A stretch of 64,000 nucleotides of DNA, from the NCBI RefSeq assembly GCF_009914755.1, contig NC_060933.1, one strand, 5' to 3'. Every line of letters begins with the position of its first letter. Position 1 is the first letter of the stretch. The DNA is from the human T2T-CHM13v2.0 reference genome, Homo sapiens. Both the position numbers and the translations under genes were made by a program. The notes under the pieces were generated by a model. The model was not told the DNA's origin. It saw only the letters and a list, made by a program, of their open reading frames with translations, and made no database searches. This document shows, in pieces, positions 14,801 through 28,430 of this stretch.

Positions 14801-15812
14801 CTGAGGAGGTGGCAAAGGCAGCAACAGTAATGGCCTCCTTCTTCCTTCTGGTGGCTTCCAAGTAAGGGATCGTTCTCTTCTTGCCGGACTCCAGACTCTA
14901 GAAGGAGATCTTCTCCTGCTTGAGCTAGATTGCACCGCAGGGCCCCCACACCCACTGTGATTTCCCGTCCCGCCCTCATGCTCTGTGTTGCAGAGACCAC
15001 CTGGGACTACTGGGCAGGGAGTAGTAGGCACCACGGGGGAAGTGGGGGACAGGGCACTGTGGGTGGAGGCGTCAGGAATGGGAACCAGCCCTTGGGTGGG
15101 GAGGGCTGGCTGGGTCTGAGTTTCTCCTACTCAGGCTCCCCGAGGAAGGCAGCCCTGGTGGGCCCAGTAATTCCTGGCCGGGTGGACCTGGCCAGGGGCT
15201 GGTTTCAGTGAAGGCACTCACTCCCACCCCAGGCCCCAGTTCCTGGCCAGCTCTTGCCAGAAGGAGAGGCTGGACTTTGGAAGGTGGGTGTGAGTGCCTT
15301 CAATGAAACTGATCCTTGCCACCCAGTCACCAGTGTGACAAGGTGAGGCTCTAACGGTTCCACTCCCTGAATCCTGTTTTGGGCTTTTCGGGCTTTGCCT
15401 GCCCAGCTGCTCCAAGCCAGGCTGAAGGAGGAGAAGGAGGAGTTGCCTGTGGTACGGTTTAGCCTGCAGATGACGTGGTTCTGCAGCTTGCCTCATGTGG
15501 TTGGTGGTGGTGATGGAGACTGCAGCTCGATCAGAGCGGTAGGAGGACACCCACGGGGGCCAGGTGGTAGGAGCCTGGTAGGGTGGGCTGGTACATTGAG
15601 GGTGACGGTGGTTGTATTGGCATCGGCGCTAGTGGTGGTAGCAGTAGGAAGTCTGGGGGCCAGGAAGGGGGAGTAGGAGCACTGCAGGGCCCATCCCGTT
15701 CTGGGGTGGGGAGGAACCTGTGGGTGCTGTAACGAAGGCCTCGGTGGCAGTGGTGGTGGTACACCTAGGGTCTTACTCTACTTGATTGTAGTTTGTCTGT
15801 GGTTCACATCAC

Positions 15813-16108
15813 TTTTTTTTTTTTTTTTTTGAGACAGTCTCGCTCTGTTGCCTAGGCTAGAGTACAGTGGCACGATCTCGGCTCACTGCAACCTCCGCCT
15901 CCTGGGTTCAAGTGATTCTCCTGCCTCAGCCTCTTGAGTAGCTGGGACTACAGGTGCCCACCACCACACCTGGCTAATTTTTGTATTTTTACTAGAGATG
16001 GGATTTCACCATATTTGCCAGGCTGGTCTCAATCTCCTGACCTTGTTATCCACCCGCCTCAGCCTCCCAAAGTGCTGGGATTACAGGGGTGAGCCTCCAT
16101 GCCCAGCC
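15813..16108 (-). mobile_element. AluS
   Basis: reverse consensus. Confidence 0.93.
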
Positions 16109-16270
16109 TATACCACTTCTAAAGTTTCTTTGCATCATCTTAACTCTTTCCACCCATAATCACAAGTGAATGACAACCAAACACTTAATGACATGTAGAT
16201 ATTTATTATTTAATAGAATCCAAAATAAGTGCATTTTATGAATTAAATAAACAAAACACTGAAAGGTTCA

Positions 16271-17015
<745 letters not shown>

Positions 17016-17165
17016 AAATTTACTATAAAAAATTTTCTGTAAGTAAATATAAATTTCTTTTTAAGAAAAAATTACTGAAGTAAAAAAATGGATTAAACTT
17101 TTACAAAGGACAGAGTTTTGCTAAGAATTTCAAAGCAATGCATTCATTGCAAAATATGACTTTAA

Positions 17166-17474
<309 letters not shown>

Positions 17475-20454
17475 ATTATTTAACCTTTGTACTAATAAAA
17501 CAACACCTTTCTAAAATTATGTATATCCAATAGACCAATATTATCTATTTTTGTCAGATTACTCTAAACAGCATTGCACAGATACATCCTCTATTATCTA
17601 AACTTAAAATAAGCAGGAATTTTACTTTATTTATGTGATTACTTTTCTTTTTAAGCAAACTTCATGTTACGTCTAGTCCCTAAAAATACTAAAGGCCACA
17701 TTTTGTAAGTGATATATTATTCTCATGATAATGTCTCTTGTTTAACTTAAACATTATTATTTTTTTAATGTATTTTAGATGGAGCCGGACTGTGTAGAAC
17801 AAATAATTACAGAAACAAAGAAAAGTATGTTTCCAAAATTTATTAATTAAATTTAGGTTTATTTTAGTAATAAAGTGTAAATAGCAAATGGCATTCCTTT
17901 TCATTATTGGGTTAGTAGATACTACGTTCAGTATCTTTTCCTTACACACATCTAGTGAAAGATGTGAAAACAAAAACTTTCACAGTGAAGAGTATACTCA
18001 TGTACCATTAATTCATCATGTCCGATAGCTTAAAAAATTCCCAAGAAGTGTATCCATCTCTTTTTTACTGGCTCTACAATTTCTTCACTTTTGCCATCCT
18101 CATGGAACTGTCAGCCAGCACGTTGAAAGGATTCTCTGAAAACAAAGTCATCATCAGGTTCTCTGGGTTTTGGTGGAGTTGAAGACCAACAGACCTCAGA
18201 CTCATTTAGAAATACTTAGTTGAGGAAAAACCCTTCATAAGCAGTGGCTTGACAGGTGACATTTTAAATCTCCTGTCATTTACTGTGCCATTGGCTTACA
18301 TCTGTTCTCAGGAAAAGTTCCAAAATTTTCACCATGAAATAAAAACACCTGTGTCAATGTAATTCTTGTCAGGTTACTCAGCCTTATCTCTCGCCGCTTA
18401 CTGCACTCTGCCCTTTGCTCTAGCACCAAAGTGGGCGGAGTAGAACTCTGTAGGGCTCTTCCTCACCTCAGGCTCTTTGCCTTCGCCTCGTCTCTCTATC
18501 TGGCAAGCTTTTCCTTGTCCTTCAGGTATCAACCTATTTATCTCCTCCACAAAGCCCATGATATTGACACAAAAGTGGGGTAGATGTCCCTTCTGTGTTT
18601 TCCAGTAGTGCCCTGCTTTATACCTGTCATAGTGTCTATGACTCTATACGGACATTGCCTGCCTGTCTGTTGTTTTAGGTTATAGCATATGACTGTTGAG
18701 AGGTGGACCATGCCATCTTCATATTGTAATTCCAGTACTGATTCTAGTGCCTTAGCACGTGGGTGTTGAGTACATGAATAAAGAATGGAAAAGCTGTGAT
18801 ATTTAACCACAATTAGAATTAATGCCATGCGTTAATTATTTAATAGTAATTTTGTATTGTAATTATACGTACATATTTCTCATTCTTTTTAACTCTGATA
18901 ACGTTCTCAACTCTTTAGATTTTAAACTCACACTTAGTTAACTGAAATGTTTTGGGTAAAGAACATAATCCTTTCTTTTTCTTTCCAGCTTTTGCTGTGT
19001 TGGGCACTTGCTCCCATCTGCTTGCTTCTCTAGAATCCACTGGTAAGCCACATCTAATAAAGAGAATATTTAACCATAAAATCTTAAGGAAAAGTTGTGT
19101 GATTTAAAAGATCATAAAACTTTATTACTGGGCTATTGACATGAAATTTTAATTGCTTCTCATAAAATATATAACATCACAATCTTTACTAAAGTAGAAT
19201 ATTTTCATATCATATGTATGATGAACATTTAGTATGGTATTTTAAATGATGTTTTTTAGCCCCCTTAAGTTTTAAGTGGATCTTGCAAATGAACACCAGT
19301 ATTATGGAGTTTGACATACTCAAATTGCCCAAATGTCAGCTGTTTAAAAAGCCAAACAACCAAGTCATCCTTGATACTTTAGTAAAGGTCATCGAAGCCT
19401 TCTTTGCATTTTACAGGTTTTATTACTATATATAGTAGGAGACTTAAAGAGTACCTGCCAGGTTTGTCCATACTAATGTTATGAATTTCTTTTTGTAGTT
19501 CAACCGTATTTTGTGTGGAGATACTTTGAGGCTCTGTAAATATCTGGTTACTCCTAAAAACCCACTAGATTCGGTATTTCATTGATGTCTTGTCTTTGAA
19601 CAAGTATTACTGTGATGGTTGCCAGATGATTATTTTCGTATTCTCTTGTTTGTTCTACATGGAGAAATAAAACCAATAAATAAAGGAGAAGGGAAAGCTC
19701 ATGATTCTGGTGCTCCAATTCCCCAAGATGAGGCCAGTGGTAGACATTTCTTTATGTCTGACTTTATGTCTTTTTGATTTGTCTCTGTTACTCTTGTCAG
19801 CACTTTTTTACTTTCTGGCACAAGATGTTCCAAACTAATCTTGTATTTTCTCTGTTCCAGCCCTAGAATGAGTAATTTTTCTTAGAAGCAGAGTTGGAAC
19901 CACTGAGGAAGCACAGGTGAGCCCTCCCCAGCACACACTCGCTAGTCCCCAACAGAAGAACTGTTGCTGCATCCATTGAGGTACCAAGAAACTAGCAAAG
20001 GGCCTTCTGGCTGTCTGGGGACAGTCCTCATGTGGTCCCTGGCTCAGCCTCAAGGGTTCTGGATTAATTTGTCTGCAGCCTCTGTGCTGTGTCTCTAGAT
20101 CGGGGCTCTGTGGGAAGGGCCCTGGGAGACCCAGCAGCACAGGGTGTCTCGTCTGCCAAATGTCCCTCCCTTCTCCCACTCTGACACTCAGGAATAGGGT
20201 AGATGGCATGTCCAGGCAGTGCCAGGCCACCTCATTGTCTCCTTTGAGATGGGCCCAGAGGGCCTTGGGGGGCGAGTGTGAAGCTGGGTACCTGGAGCCT
20301 GAGGCTGACTGTCCCTTCCTATGTCTTGGAGGAGAGGCCTTGGGGCCCAAGAAACCCCCCCGGGCCTGATCTCTGGGCACACATGCAGGGAGGGAGGGTC
20401 TGTGGGCTGATTGGGGCATTGTAATGAGACGTTGAGCACCACTGCACAGGGGCC

Positions 20455-21050
20455 TCGTCAGTGGATCATGGTCAGAGATGACCTAGCCATCAGGACCTGG
20501 TCAGTTGGGACCAGATCAGCAGGGACCTGGCTAGGGGGTGGCCTCCTCAGTGAAGGCCTCACCAGTAGGGATCTGGTGACCTAGTCATTGGAAGCCTAGT
20601 CAGTGGGGACCTGGTCAGTGGTGGCCTTATTAGTGGGGCCTGATCGGTTGGAACATAAACAATAAAAAACTGGCCGGTGGGGTCTATTCAGTATATTAGG
20701 GGTCTGGTCAGTGTGGGGCCTTAGTGGCTCGGAGCCTGGTCAGTGAGGGCCTGGTCAGAGGGGGCTCGGTCAGCTGGGGACTGATCCATGGAGAATTGTT
20801 CAGTGGGGGTGAGGTGAGGGGCAACCTGGTAAATTGTGGTCTTGTCAGTGGGAACCCAGTCAGTGGGGTCTGGTCCGTGAGGCCTATTAATAGGGACCTC
20901 TTCCTGGTTATGGAGACATGGCCAGTGGGGACTTGGTCAGTGGGACCTGGTCAATGGAGGAGTGGTCATTAGGGGCCTTGTCAGTGGGGACCTGGTTTGG
21001 GGGGCGCCTGGTCAGTAGGAACCTGGCCAGTTGGCCGCTGTGTGACCTTA
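20455..21050. repeat. Degenerate ~15-bp minisatellite, consensus CCTGGTCAGTGGGGA (block 1)
   Basis: dozens of ggtcagtgg variants. Confidence 0.85.
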
Positions 21051-21549
21051 GGCAGGGGGTTTGTGGAGCCTCCTTGCTTCCATGTGTAGGAAGGTGAGTC
21101 AGGGCACCCTGGAGCGTTGCTGGAAAGAGAATGTGAGAAGATGTGTTGAATTCAGCACTGCTTGGCAGACCTCCAACTTTACACACAACCTGGGTTCCAC
21201 CTAGAGAGGGTACCAGCCCGCTCTACTCTGCTCGGCGCCCCTCCTCTGTCTGCATCCCCAGTACCACACTCGGTGGGGAGGGCAGAGATTGGGGAGCACC
21301 TGTGGATTCTCTAATCCTGGTCCTGGGGCCCTGGTGGTGATAGTGATGAGGACCTGGGTGCACCTGTGAGTGGAGCAGCTAGGCCAGGCCAGAGAAGCAA
21401 GACAAATACACCCATATGCACATAGACACATGCATGCATAAACACATTGCATGCACACATGTGAGTTCAGGGGATAGAGGACACTGATTCTGGGCCCTCT
21501 TGACCCAAGCAGGCTCCCGTTGTGGTGTGTTGTGTCACCCCACGATGTC

Positions 21550-21685
21550 ACTGTTGCTGAGCCCCCATTGCCTATGCGTTGTGGAGCAGTTAGAGACACA
21601 CAGCAGTGTCTGTGAGTGGCTCTGCATGAAGGGCCATTTTCTAGGTGAGAGGCACATCTCAGCACAGCTCACTGATCAGACTTAG
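21550..21685 (+). pseudogene. TBC1D3/USP6-family-like non-coding first exon with intact donor; homology appears to extend into promoter (~21300) and intron (~21850)
   Basis: gagcagttagagacacacagcagtgtctgtgagtggctctg...tgagaggcac...gatcagacttag|gtgagtggaacctgctctcttc...gggcagctactgagggtaaaccctgagcactcaccagg resembles TBC1D3 exon 1/intron 1 as I recall it; not search-verified. Confidence 0.55.
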
Positions 21686-22019
21686 GTGAGTGGAACCTGC
21701 TCTCTTCTCTTCCTCCTGGCTTAGGGACAGTCGCTATCAGGTGGATGGTTTTGGCCTCTGGGCAGCTACTGAGGGTAAACCCTGAGCACTCACCAGGTGC
21801 CTGTTCTGTGTTGACAGTCATCTGATTCATCCTGGTAGCAATTCCATTCTGCATCTCTTCTGGACACCCACAGGACCACCAGAACAACCCCATCATGGCC
21901 CTGTCACCAGGCCCAGTTTGGCTCCATGATAACCAAGACGCAGGTCCAGAGACAACCGCCCTGCTTGATGCCTGCATCTGACCTCCCTTGGTGGGTAGTG
22001 ATGAGCACAACATGGAAGA

Positions 22020-25000
22020 AGCCAGGGCAGCTTGTGGCCAGCTGCCCTACAGCCCCAGATGGCTGGGGACTAGGATTCCAAAAGGATGATTTTGGAGCTG
22101 TAGGATTGAATGACTGGCCTGCTGGGTTTTGGATGTTCGTGTATCCTATGAGTCCCATCGGTGTTTGTTTTTCTTTCAGGCAATTTTTCTTCTATTGGCT
22201 GGGAATGCTTACCCATTGCCTGTACAATCATTGTACCTTGGAAGTAGTTAACTTGCTTTATAATTCAGAGGCTCATGGGCAGAAGGGACTGTATCCTTGT
22301 CCCAGATAAAACTTTGGGCTTTGGACATTTGCTGGAATGAGTTAAGATTTGGGGGACTGTAGGGAAGTCATCATTGTATTTTGCAACGTGAGAAAGACAT
22401 ACGAGATTTGCATGGGCAGGGACAGAATAATATGACTTGGCTCTGTGTCCCACTGCTGTGAAATTGTAACGGGAAATGTTAAAGGTGGTGGGGGCTGGTG
22501 GAAGGTGATTTAATCATGGTGGAGAGTGGAGGTTGGAAGGTGGGGGTGGTGGGGAGAATTGGGGGGAATTATGGTGGGGTTGGGGGTGAAAGGCAGGGGT
22601 GGGGGTGATCCTTCACAAGTAATTAAACACCATCTCCTTAATGCTGTCCTTCTGATAGTTCTCTTCATAATTTCGTAGCTGTGAGATTGAATACTGGTCT
22701 GCTGGGTTTTGGATGTGCATTGGGCCTGTGGTCCCATTTGTGTTATTTTTCTGGGAAATTTCTTCCCTTTGGATTAAGAAAGCTTACCCAATGCCTGTAC
22801 CATCATTGTACCTTGAAAGAAAAGAACTCCATTTTAACTTCAGGGACTCATAGGTAGAAGATACTGTATAGCCTTGTCTCGGATGAGACTTTGAACTTCT
22901 TATAGTTGAGTTGATGCTGGAATGAGTTAAGGCTTTTGGAAACTTTTGAAAAGGCATGATTGTGTTTTACCCTGTGAGAAGGACATGAGATTCGGAAGGG
23001 TCAAGGTCGGAATAATATGGTTTGGCTGTGTTTTGCTAGAAAAACTCATGTGGAATTGTAATCCCGAATTTTGGTTGTGAAGCCTGGTGGGAGGTGATTT
23101 AATCATGGATGGGAGGTGGGTGGGGGTGTAAGGAGAAAGGGGTGGGGAGGAGTACGCTGGCTGTAGGGTGGTGGGAGGGTGGTGGGTAGTAGGAAGGGGG
23201 AGTAGCCTGCTGCACAGGTAGAGGCTCATGGAAAACCTCTACTAGGGCAGTGCACCTGTGGCTTTGCTGCTCTCATGGCTGGGCTGGTGTTGAGTGCCTG
23301 TAGCTTTTCCATGCAGAGGGTGGGAGCTGTTGGTGGGTCTATGACTGGGGTCTGGAGGATGATGGTATCCTGTGTGGGAGCTCCAAGCCCATATTTTCCT
23401 TCCGCACTTCCCTAGGAGAGGTTTTCCCAGAGGCTCTGCCTCTGCATCAGGCTTCTGCCTGGAAACAGTGGGAGTTGGGGGTGGGGGGCGAATCCTTCAT
23501 CAATGGTTAAGCACCATCTTTTTGATGCTGAGCTTGTGATAGTGAGTTCCCATGAGATCTGGTTGTATAATAGGGTGTGGCACCTCTTTCCTCTCTCTGT
23601 CTTGCTCCTACTCCTGCCACATGAATCATCTCATTGCCCCTTGACATTCTGATATGACTGGGTGGCTTCCTGAGTCCTCCCAGATTCAGAAGCCACTATG
23701 TTTCCTTACAGCCTGCAGAATCATGAGATTCTTTATGATCATAGAGAAAATTAGTACTGGAAAGTGGATGTATGAAATGTCTTCAAGGCCTTTTCCCTGT
23801 TGTCTTGGCAATCAGCACTCAGCTTCTTTTCATTCAAGTATCTGAAGCCTTGAATTTTCCCCCTGAAAATGGACTTGCCTTCCTTTACCACATTGCCAGG
23901 CTGTGACAAAGATAGGTGATAAAGTAGAAGCAGGTTCAGAAGGGGGTAGCAGACAGAGGTTGGGAGAGTTTGAAGGGCTTTGAAGACAGGAAAATGAGGA
24001 AAAGTTTGGATCTTTGTAGAGAATTGTTAAATACTTGTGATCAGAAGGCTGACAGGAAAATGGTCAGTGAAAGCCAGACTTAGAAGGTCTCAGATAAAAA
24101 TGAGGAACTTATTGGGAACAGAAGCCAAGGTTACCTTTGTTTTGCTGTAGCAAGGAATGTGGTGGCACGGTGACCCTGCCCTGGAGATCTGTGAAACTTT
24201 AAACTTGAGGGTGATGACTTAGTACATATTTGGTGGAATGAACTTCTAGGAAGCAAAGCTCAAGAGGTGTCCTGTCTGCATTGAACAGCCTGTGCTCTGA
24301 TGTGTGACTGAGGAAATGACCTCTGGATGGGACTTCCATTAAACAAGTCCCAACTCTTACATTAAATAAGAAACAGAACTCAGAAGTTTGGAAAATTTGC
24401 AGCCTGGCCAAGTGGTCAAAAAGAAAATCTGATTTTCAGGGAGAAAATTCAGGAAGGCTTCAGAAATTTGCATAAAAAGGAGCCCAGTGCTAATAGCCAA
24501 GACAATAGGGAAGAGGCCTTGAAGGCATTTCATAGAACTTTGCAGCAGCCCTTCCTGTCACAGGCCCTGGGGCCTAGGAGAGAAGAATGGTTTCCTGGGC
24601 CAGTCCCATGACCCCCCTCTATGTGCAGCCTCAGGGCACTGCTGCCTGCATCCCTGCAGCTCCAGCTCCAGCCATGGCTGAAAATGCACAGATGCAGCTT
24701 GGGTCACTGCTTCAGAGAGTGCAGGCTAGAAGCCTTGGTAACTTCCTCATATTGGTAAGCCACTGGGTGGACGGATCTTGAGACTAGAGGCTTGGAAGCC
24801 TCTCTGTAGACTTTGGAAGATGTATGGAAATGCCTGGGTGACCAGAAAAAAGCATCCCAAAAAGGCAGAGCCTCATAAGAAACCTCTACTAGGGCAGTGC
24901 AGAAGGAAAATACGGGGTTGGAGCCCCCACACTGGAGGCCACCATCATGCAGACCCCAGATTCGTAGACCGACCGATAGCTTGTACCATCAGTCGGGAAA

Positions 25001-26700
25001 AACTACAGGCACTCAACACCCGCCCAGCCCATGAGTGCAGCCGTGGGGCATAAACCCTGCAAAACCAAAGGTGCAGAGCAGCCCAGGGCCTTCAGAGCCC
25101 AGCCCTCACGTCCCTGTGCCCTGGATGTGGGACAAGGTTTCAGAAAGGATGATTTCGGAACTGTAGGATTGAATGACTAGCCTTCTGGGTTTGGAGTTTC
25201 ATGGGGCCTGTAAGTCCTGTGTTTTGTTCTTTCTGGCAGAATTCTTCCTTTCGGCTGAGAATGCTTACGTAACATTGCCTGCACAAGCATTGTACCTTGG
25301 AAGTAGTTAACTTGCTTTATTGTTCAGAGGCTCATGCACCTAAGGGACTGTAGCCTTGTGTCAGATGAGACTTTAAGCTTTGGACATTTGTACAAATGCT
25401 GGAATGATATAAGATTTGGAGGGGCTGTAGAGAAGGCATCATTGTATTTTGCAATGTGAGAAGGACATGAGATTTGGGAGCCAGGGACAGAATAATAAAG
25501 TTAAAGGTGGGGCCTGGTGGAGGGTGATTTAATCATGGTGGAGAGGGGGGGTTGGAAGGTGGGGGTAGGGAGAATGAGGGGATTATGGTGGGGGTGAGGG
25601 GTGAAAAGTGGTGGTCGGGGGTGGATCCTTCACAAATGATTAAACACCACCTCCTTATTGCTGTGCTTATGATAGTGAGTTTTCTTCATGATTTTGGAGC
25701 TGTGAGATTGAATGGATACTGGCCTCCTGGGTTTTGGACTTGCATTGGGCCTGTGGTCCTATTTGTGTTTTTTTCCTGGGAAATTTCTTCCCTTTCGATT
25801 GAGAAAGCTTATCCAGTGCCTTTACCATCATTGTACCCTGAAAGAAAAGAACATCCTTTTAAATTCAGGGACTCATAGGCAAAAGGGACTGTAGACTTGT
25901 CTCAGATGAGATGTTGAACTTTTTACTTTTGAGTTAATGCTGGAATGAGTTAAGACATTTGGAAGGAAACTTTTGAAAAGGCATGAATGTATTTTGCTCT
26001 GTGAGAAGGACATGAGATTCTGGGGTATCAGGGTCAGAATAATATGGTTTGGCTGTGTTTATTTACAAAACTCATGTGAATTGTACTTCTTAATGTTGGA
26101 GGTGGGACCTGGTGGGAGGTGATTTAATCATGGCAAGAGGGGGTTGGGGTTGGAAGGAAAAGGGGTGGGTAGGGTGGAGAGTAGGTTGGCAGTAGGGTGG
26201 TGGGAGGGTGGGGGGTAGTAGGAAGAGGGAGTAGTCTGCTGTAGAGGCAGAGGTTTGTGGAAAACCTCTACTAGGACAGTGAACCTGTGGCTTTGCAGGC
26301 TTCAGCCCCCATGGCTGCTCCCATGGGCTGGGCTGGTGTGGAGTGCCTGTAGCCTTTCCATACTGAGGGTGCGAGCTGTTGGTGGGCTTATGAATCTGGG
26401 GTCTGGAGGATGGTGGCCTCCTGTGTGGGAGCTCCAAGCCCATATTTTCCTTCTGCACTGCCATAGTGGAAGTTTCCCAAGAGGCTCTGCCTCTGCAGGA
26501 GGCTTCTGCCTGGCAACAGTGGGTGGTGGTATGGGCGGTGGTTCCTTCACCAATGGTTAATCTTCTTGATGCTGATCTCCTGATAGTGGGTTCTCTTGAG
26601 ATCTGGTTGTATAACAGGATGTAGCACCTCCTTCCTCTCTCTGTCTTGCTCCTACTCCTGCCATATGAAATATCTCATTGTCGCTTGGTCTTCTGGTATA
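22020..26700 (+). mobile_element. Rearranged ERVL-MaLR (MST/THE1-like) internal and LTR pieces with nested duplications and G-rich inserts
   Basis: gagaaggacatgagatt, aataatatggtttggctgtg, gtctcagatgagacttt and aatgaggaacttattgggaac motifs, some repeated up to 4 times. Confidence 0.8.
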
Positions 26701-26709
26701 GTTAGGAGG

Positions 26710-27580
26710 GCCCTGATCAGTGTGGGCCTCGTCAGTGGACCTAGTCAGTTGGGACTTGGTCAGTGAGGCCTGTTTATTGGGGGCATGGTCAGCAGGGGTC
26801 TGCTTAGAGAGGGTCTCATTAGGGGGATCTAGTAGTGGGCGTCTCGGTGAGTGGGGACCTAGTGGCAGCCACTTGTTTGGTGTCTGGTCAGTGTAAAACT
26901 AGGCTGCAGGACTTTGTCAGTGGAGACCTGGTCAGCTGGGGCTTAGTGGTGGCCTTGTCAGCATGAGCTGGGTCACTGGTGACCAGGTCAATGGGTGCTA
27001 TTCAGTGGAGGCCTGGTCACATGGGACCTAGTCAGCAGGACCTGGTGGCCATGTCCTCATCAGTGAGGCCCTTGTCAGTGGGGCCCTGATCAGGGCAGCC
27101 TGGTCAGTGGAACCTAATCAGTGGGGGCCTGTTCAGAGAGAGCGTGGTCAGTGGTGGCTTTTGTAGCACTGGTCTGTGGGTGACCTGGTCAGCAGGGATC
27201 TGAGCAGTGGGTGCCCATTGAGTGGGGCCTACTCACTAGGGTCATAGTCAGAAGTATCTGGTCACCTTGGGCCTGCTTAATAGGGGCCTGGTCAGTGGCA
27301 GCCTGTTCCCCGGAGGCTTAGTCAGTAGAACCTCATCTGTGGGGCCAGGCAATGGGGTCATGATCGGTGGAACCTGATCAATGAGGCCTTGTCAGTGAGG
27401 ACCTGGTCAGTGAGGCCCTGGTGTGTAAGGTCGTGGTCAGTCAGTAGGGTCCTGGTCACTGTGGGCCTGGCAGCAGGGCCTGGTTAGTGGGGCATGGTCA
27501 TGGGGTTCTAATCAGTGAGGGTGTGGTCAGGGAGGACCTGATGTGCGGGATCTGGTCAGCAGGGACCTGGTGCGGGGGCT
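26710..27580. repeat. Degenerate ~15-bp minisatellite CCTGGTCAGTGGGG (block 2)
   Basis: same unit as block 1, ~870 bp. Confidence 0.85.
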
Positions 27581-27829
27581 GCTGAGCACTGCTGGGAGAT
27601 GCCAGGTGCAATGCACGTTATCACAGGCCCTATGGACAGCTCGGATGGGCCAGTGGTGCCCAAAAGCCCAGTCAAAAGTGGACAAAGCAGGTGTTTGGAT
27701 GGACCTGGGAGATCTTGCTCAGAGATTTTGACAGGACAAAGGCAAAGGAAGGGCCAGAGTGGCCGGTGAGATGGTCACAGTCTATGGGCTGCACGGGATG
27801 GAGGAAGCCAGGGAACAGACAGCGTGGGC

Positions 27830-28430
27830 AGCTGGGGTGCAGGGAGAGGCAGGTACATGCTGGGAGGTCAGATCCTGTCAGTGCTGTGGGGGCGTCAGGT
27901 GGGGTGGGCTCCAGTTGCACCCTCAGTGCACTGGGCAGGTCTCAGCCCAGGCTCCCTGCACCCTGGCCGAGTGATGCGGTCACTCCCTGGGGGACTTCCG
28001 TCGGGCCCCAGCCACCCACCCTGGGCAGTGCTGTCCCATCTCAGGACTGGACTTTCTCAGATCCTGCAGAGGGCACAGCCTCCAGCCCAGGAGGGGCAGC
28101 CCCATGGTGCAGCCCGAGATCTCCATGGACCTGGAGCATCCCCTGCCAGCCCTGCGCTCCCTCTTCTTCCAGGTCCCGCGTTTCCAGTGTCAGCCAGCAG
28201 GGAGGCCCCGTCCTCCCTTCCCTATGTGTCTCCTGGGCAGAAATTTGTGGTGGATTGGGACAGGGATGGTGCTTCCCTCAGGCCCGTTTAGGGAGGGGAC
28301 TGACTCCCAGCCTGGCACAGGTCCTCAGCTCTGCCTTGGTTGCCTTAGAGTGAGAAGGATCATTCCTGAAGGTAAAGGTAAGAGACTGTCCGTGCTGTGT
28401 GGGAGGCTGGTCTAGAGATGGAGGACGTAA
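27830..28430 (+). pseudogene. TBC1D3/TBC1D26/TBC1D28-family-like intron with degenerate micro-exon 28351-28377
   Basis: cctcagctctgccttggttgccttagag|TGAGAAGGA...GGTAAAG|gtaagag resembles the recalled cctcagctctgcctgggttgccttacag|TGAGACGGAG...GAAG|gtaagag exon; upstream intron colinear from memory. Confidence 0.55.

Noticed and set aside
18000-18200. Exon-like stretch on the minus strand, possibly a pseudogene fragment
   Set aside because: Stops in all frames and no parent recognised; would need BLASTX.
20455-27580. CRISPR-like appearance of the GGTCAGTGG arrays
   Set aside because: Human DNA; degenerate contiguous units with no unique spacers and no cas genes.
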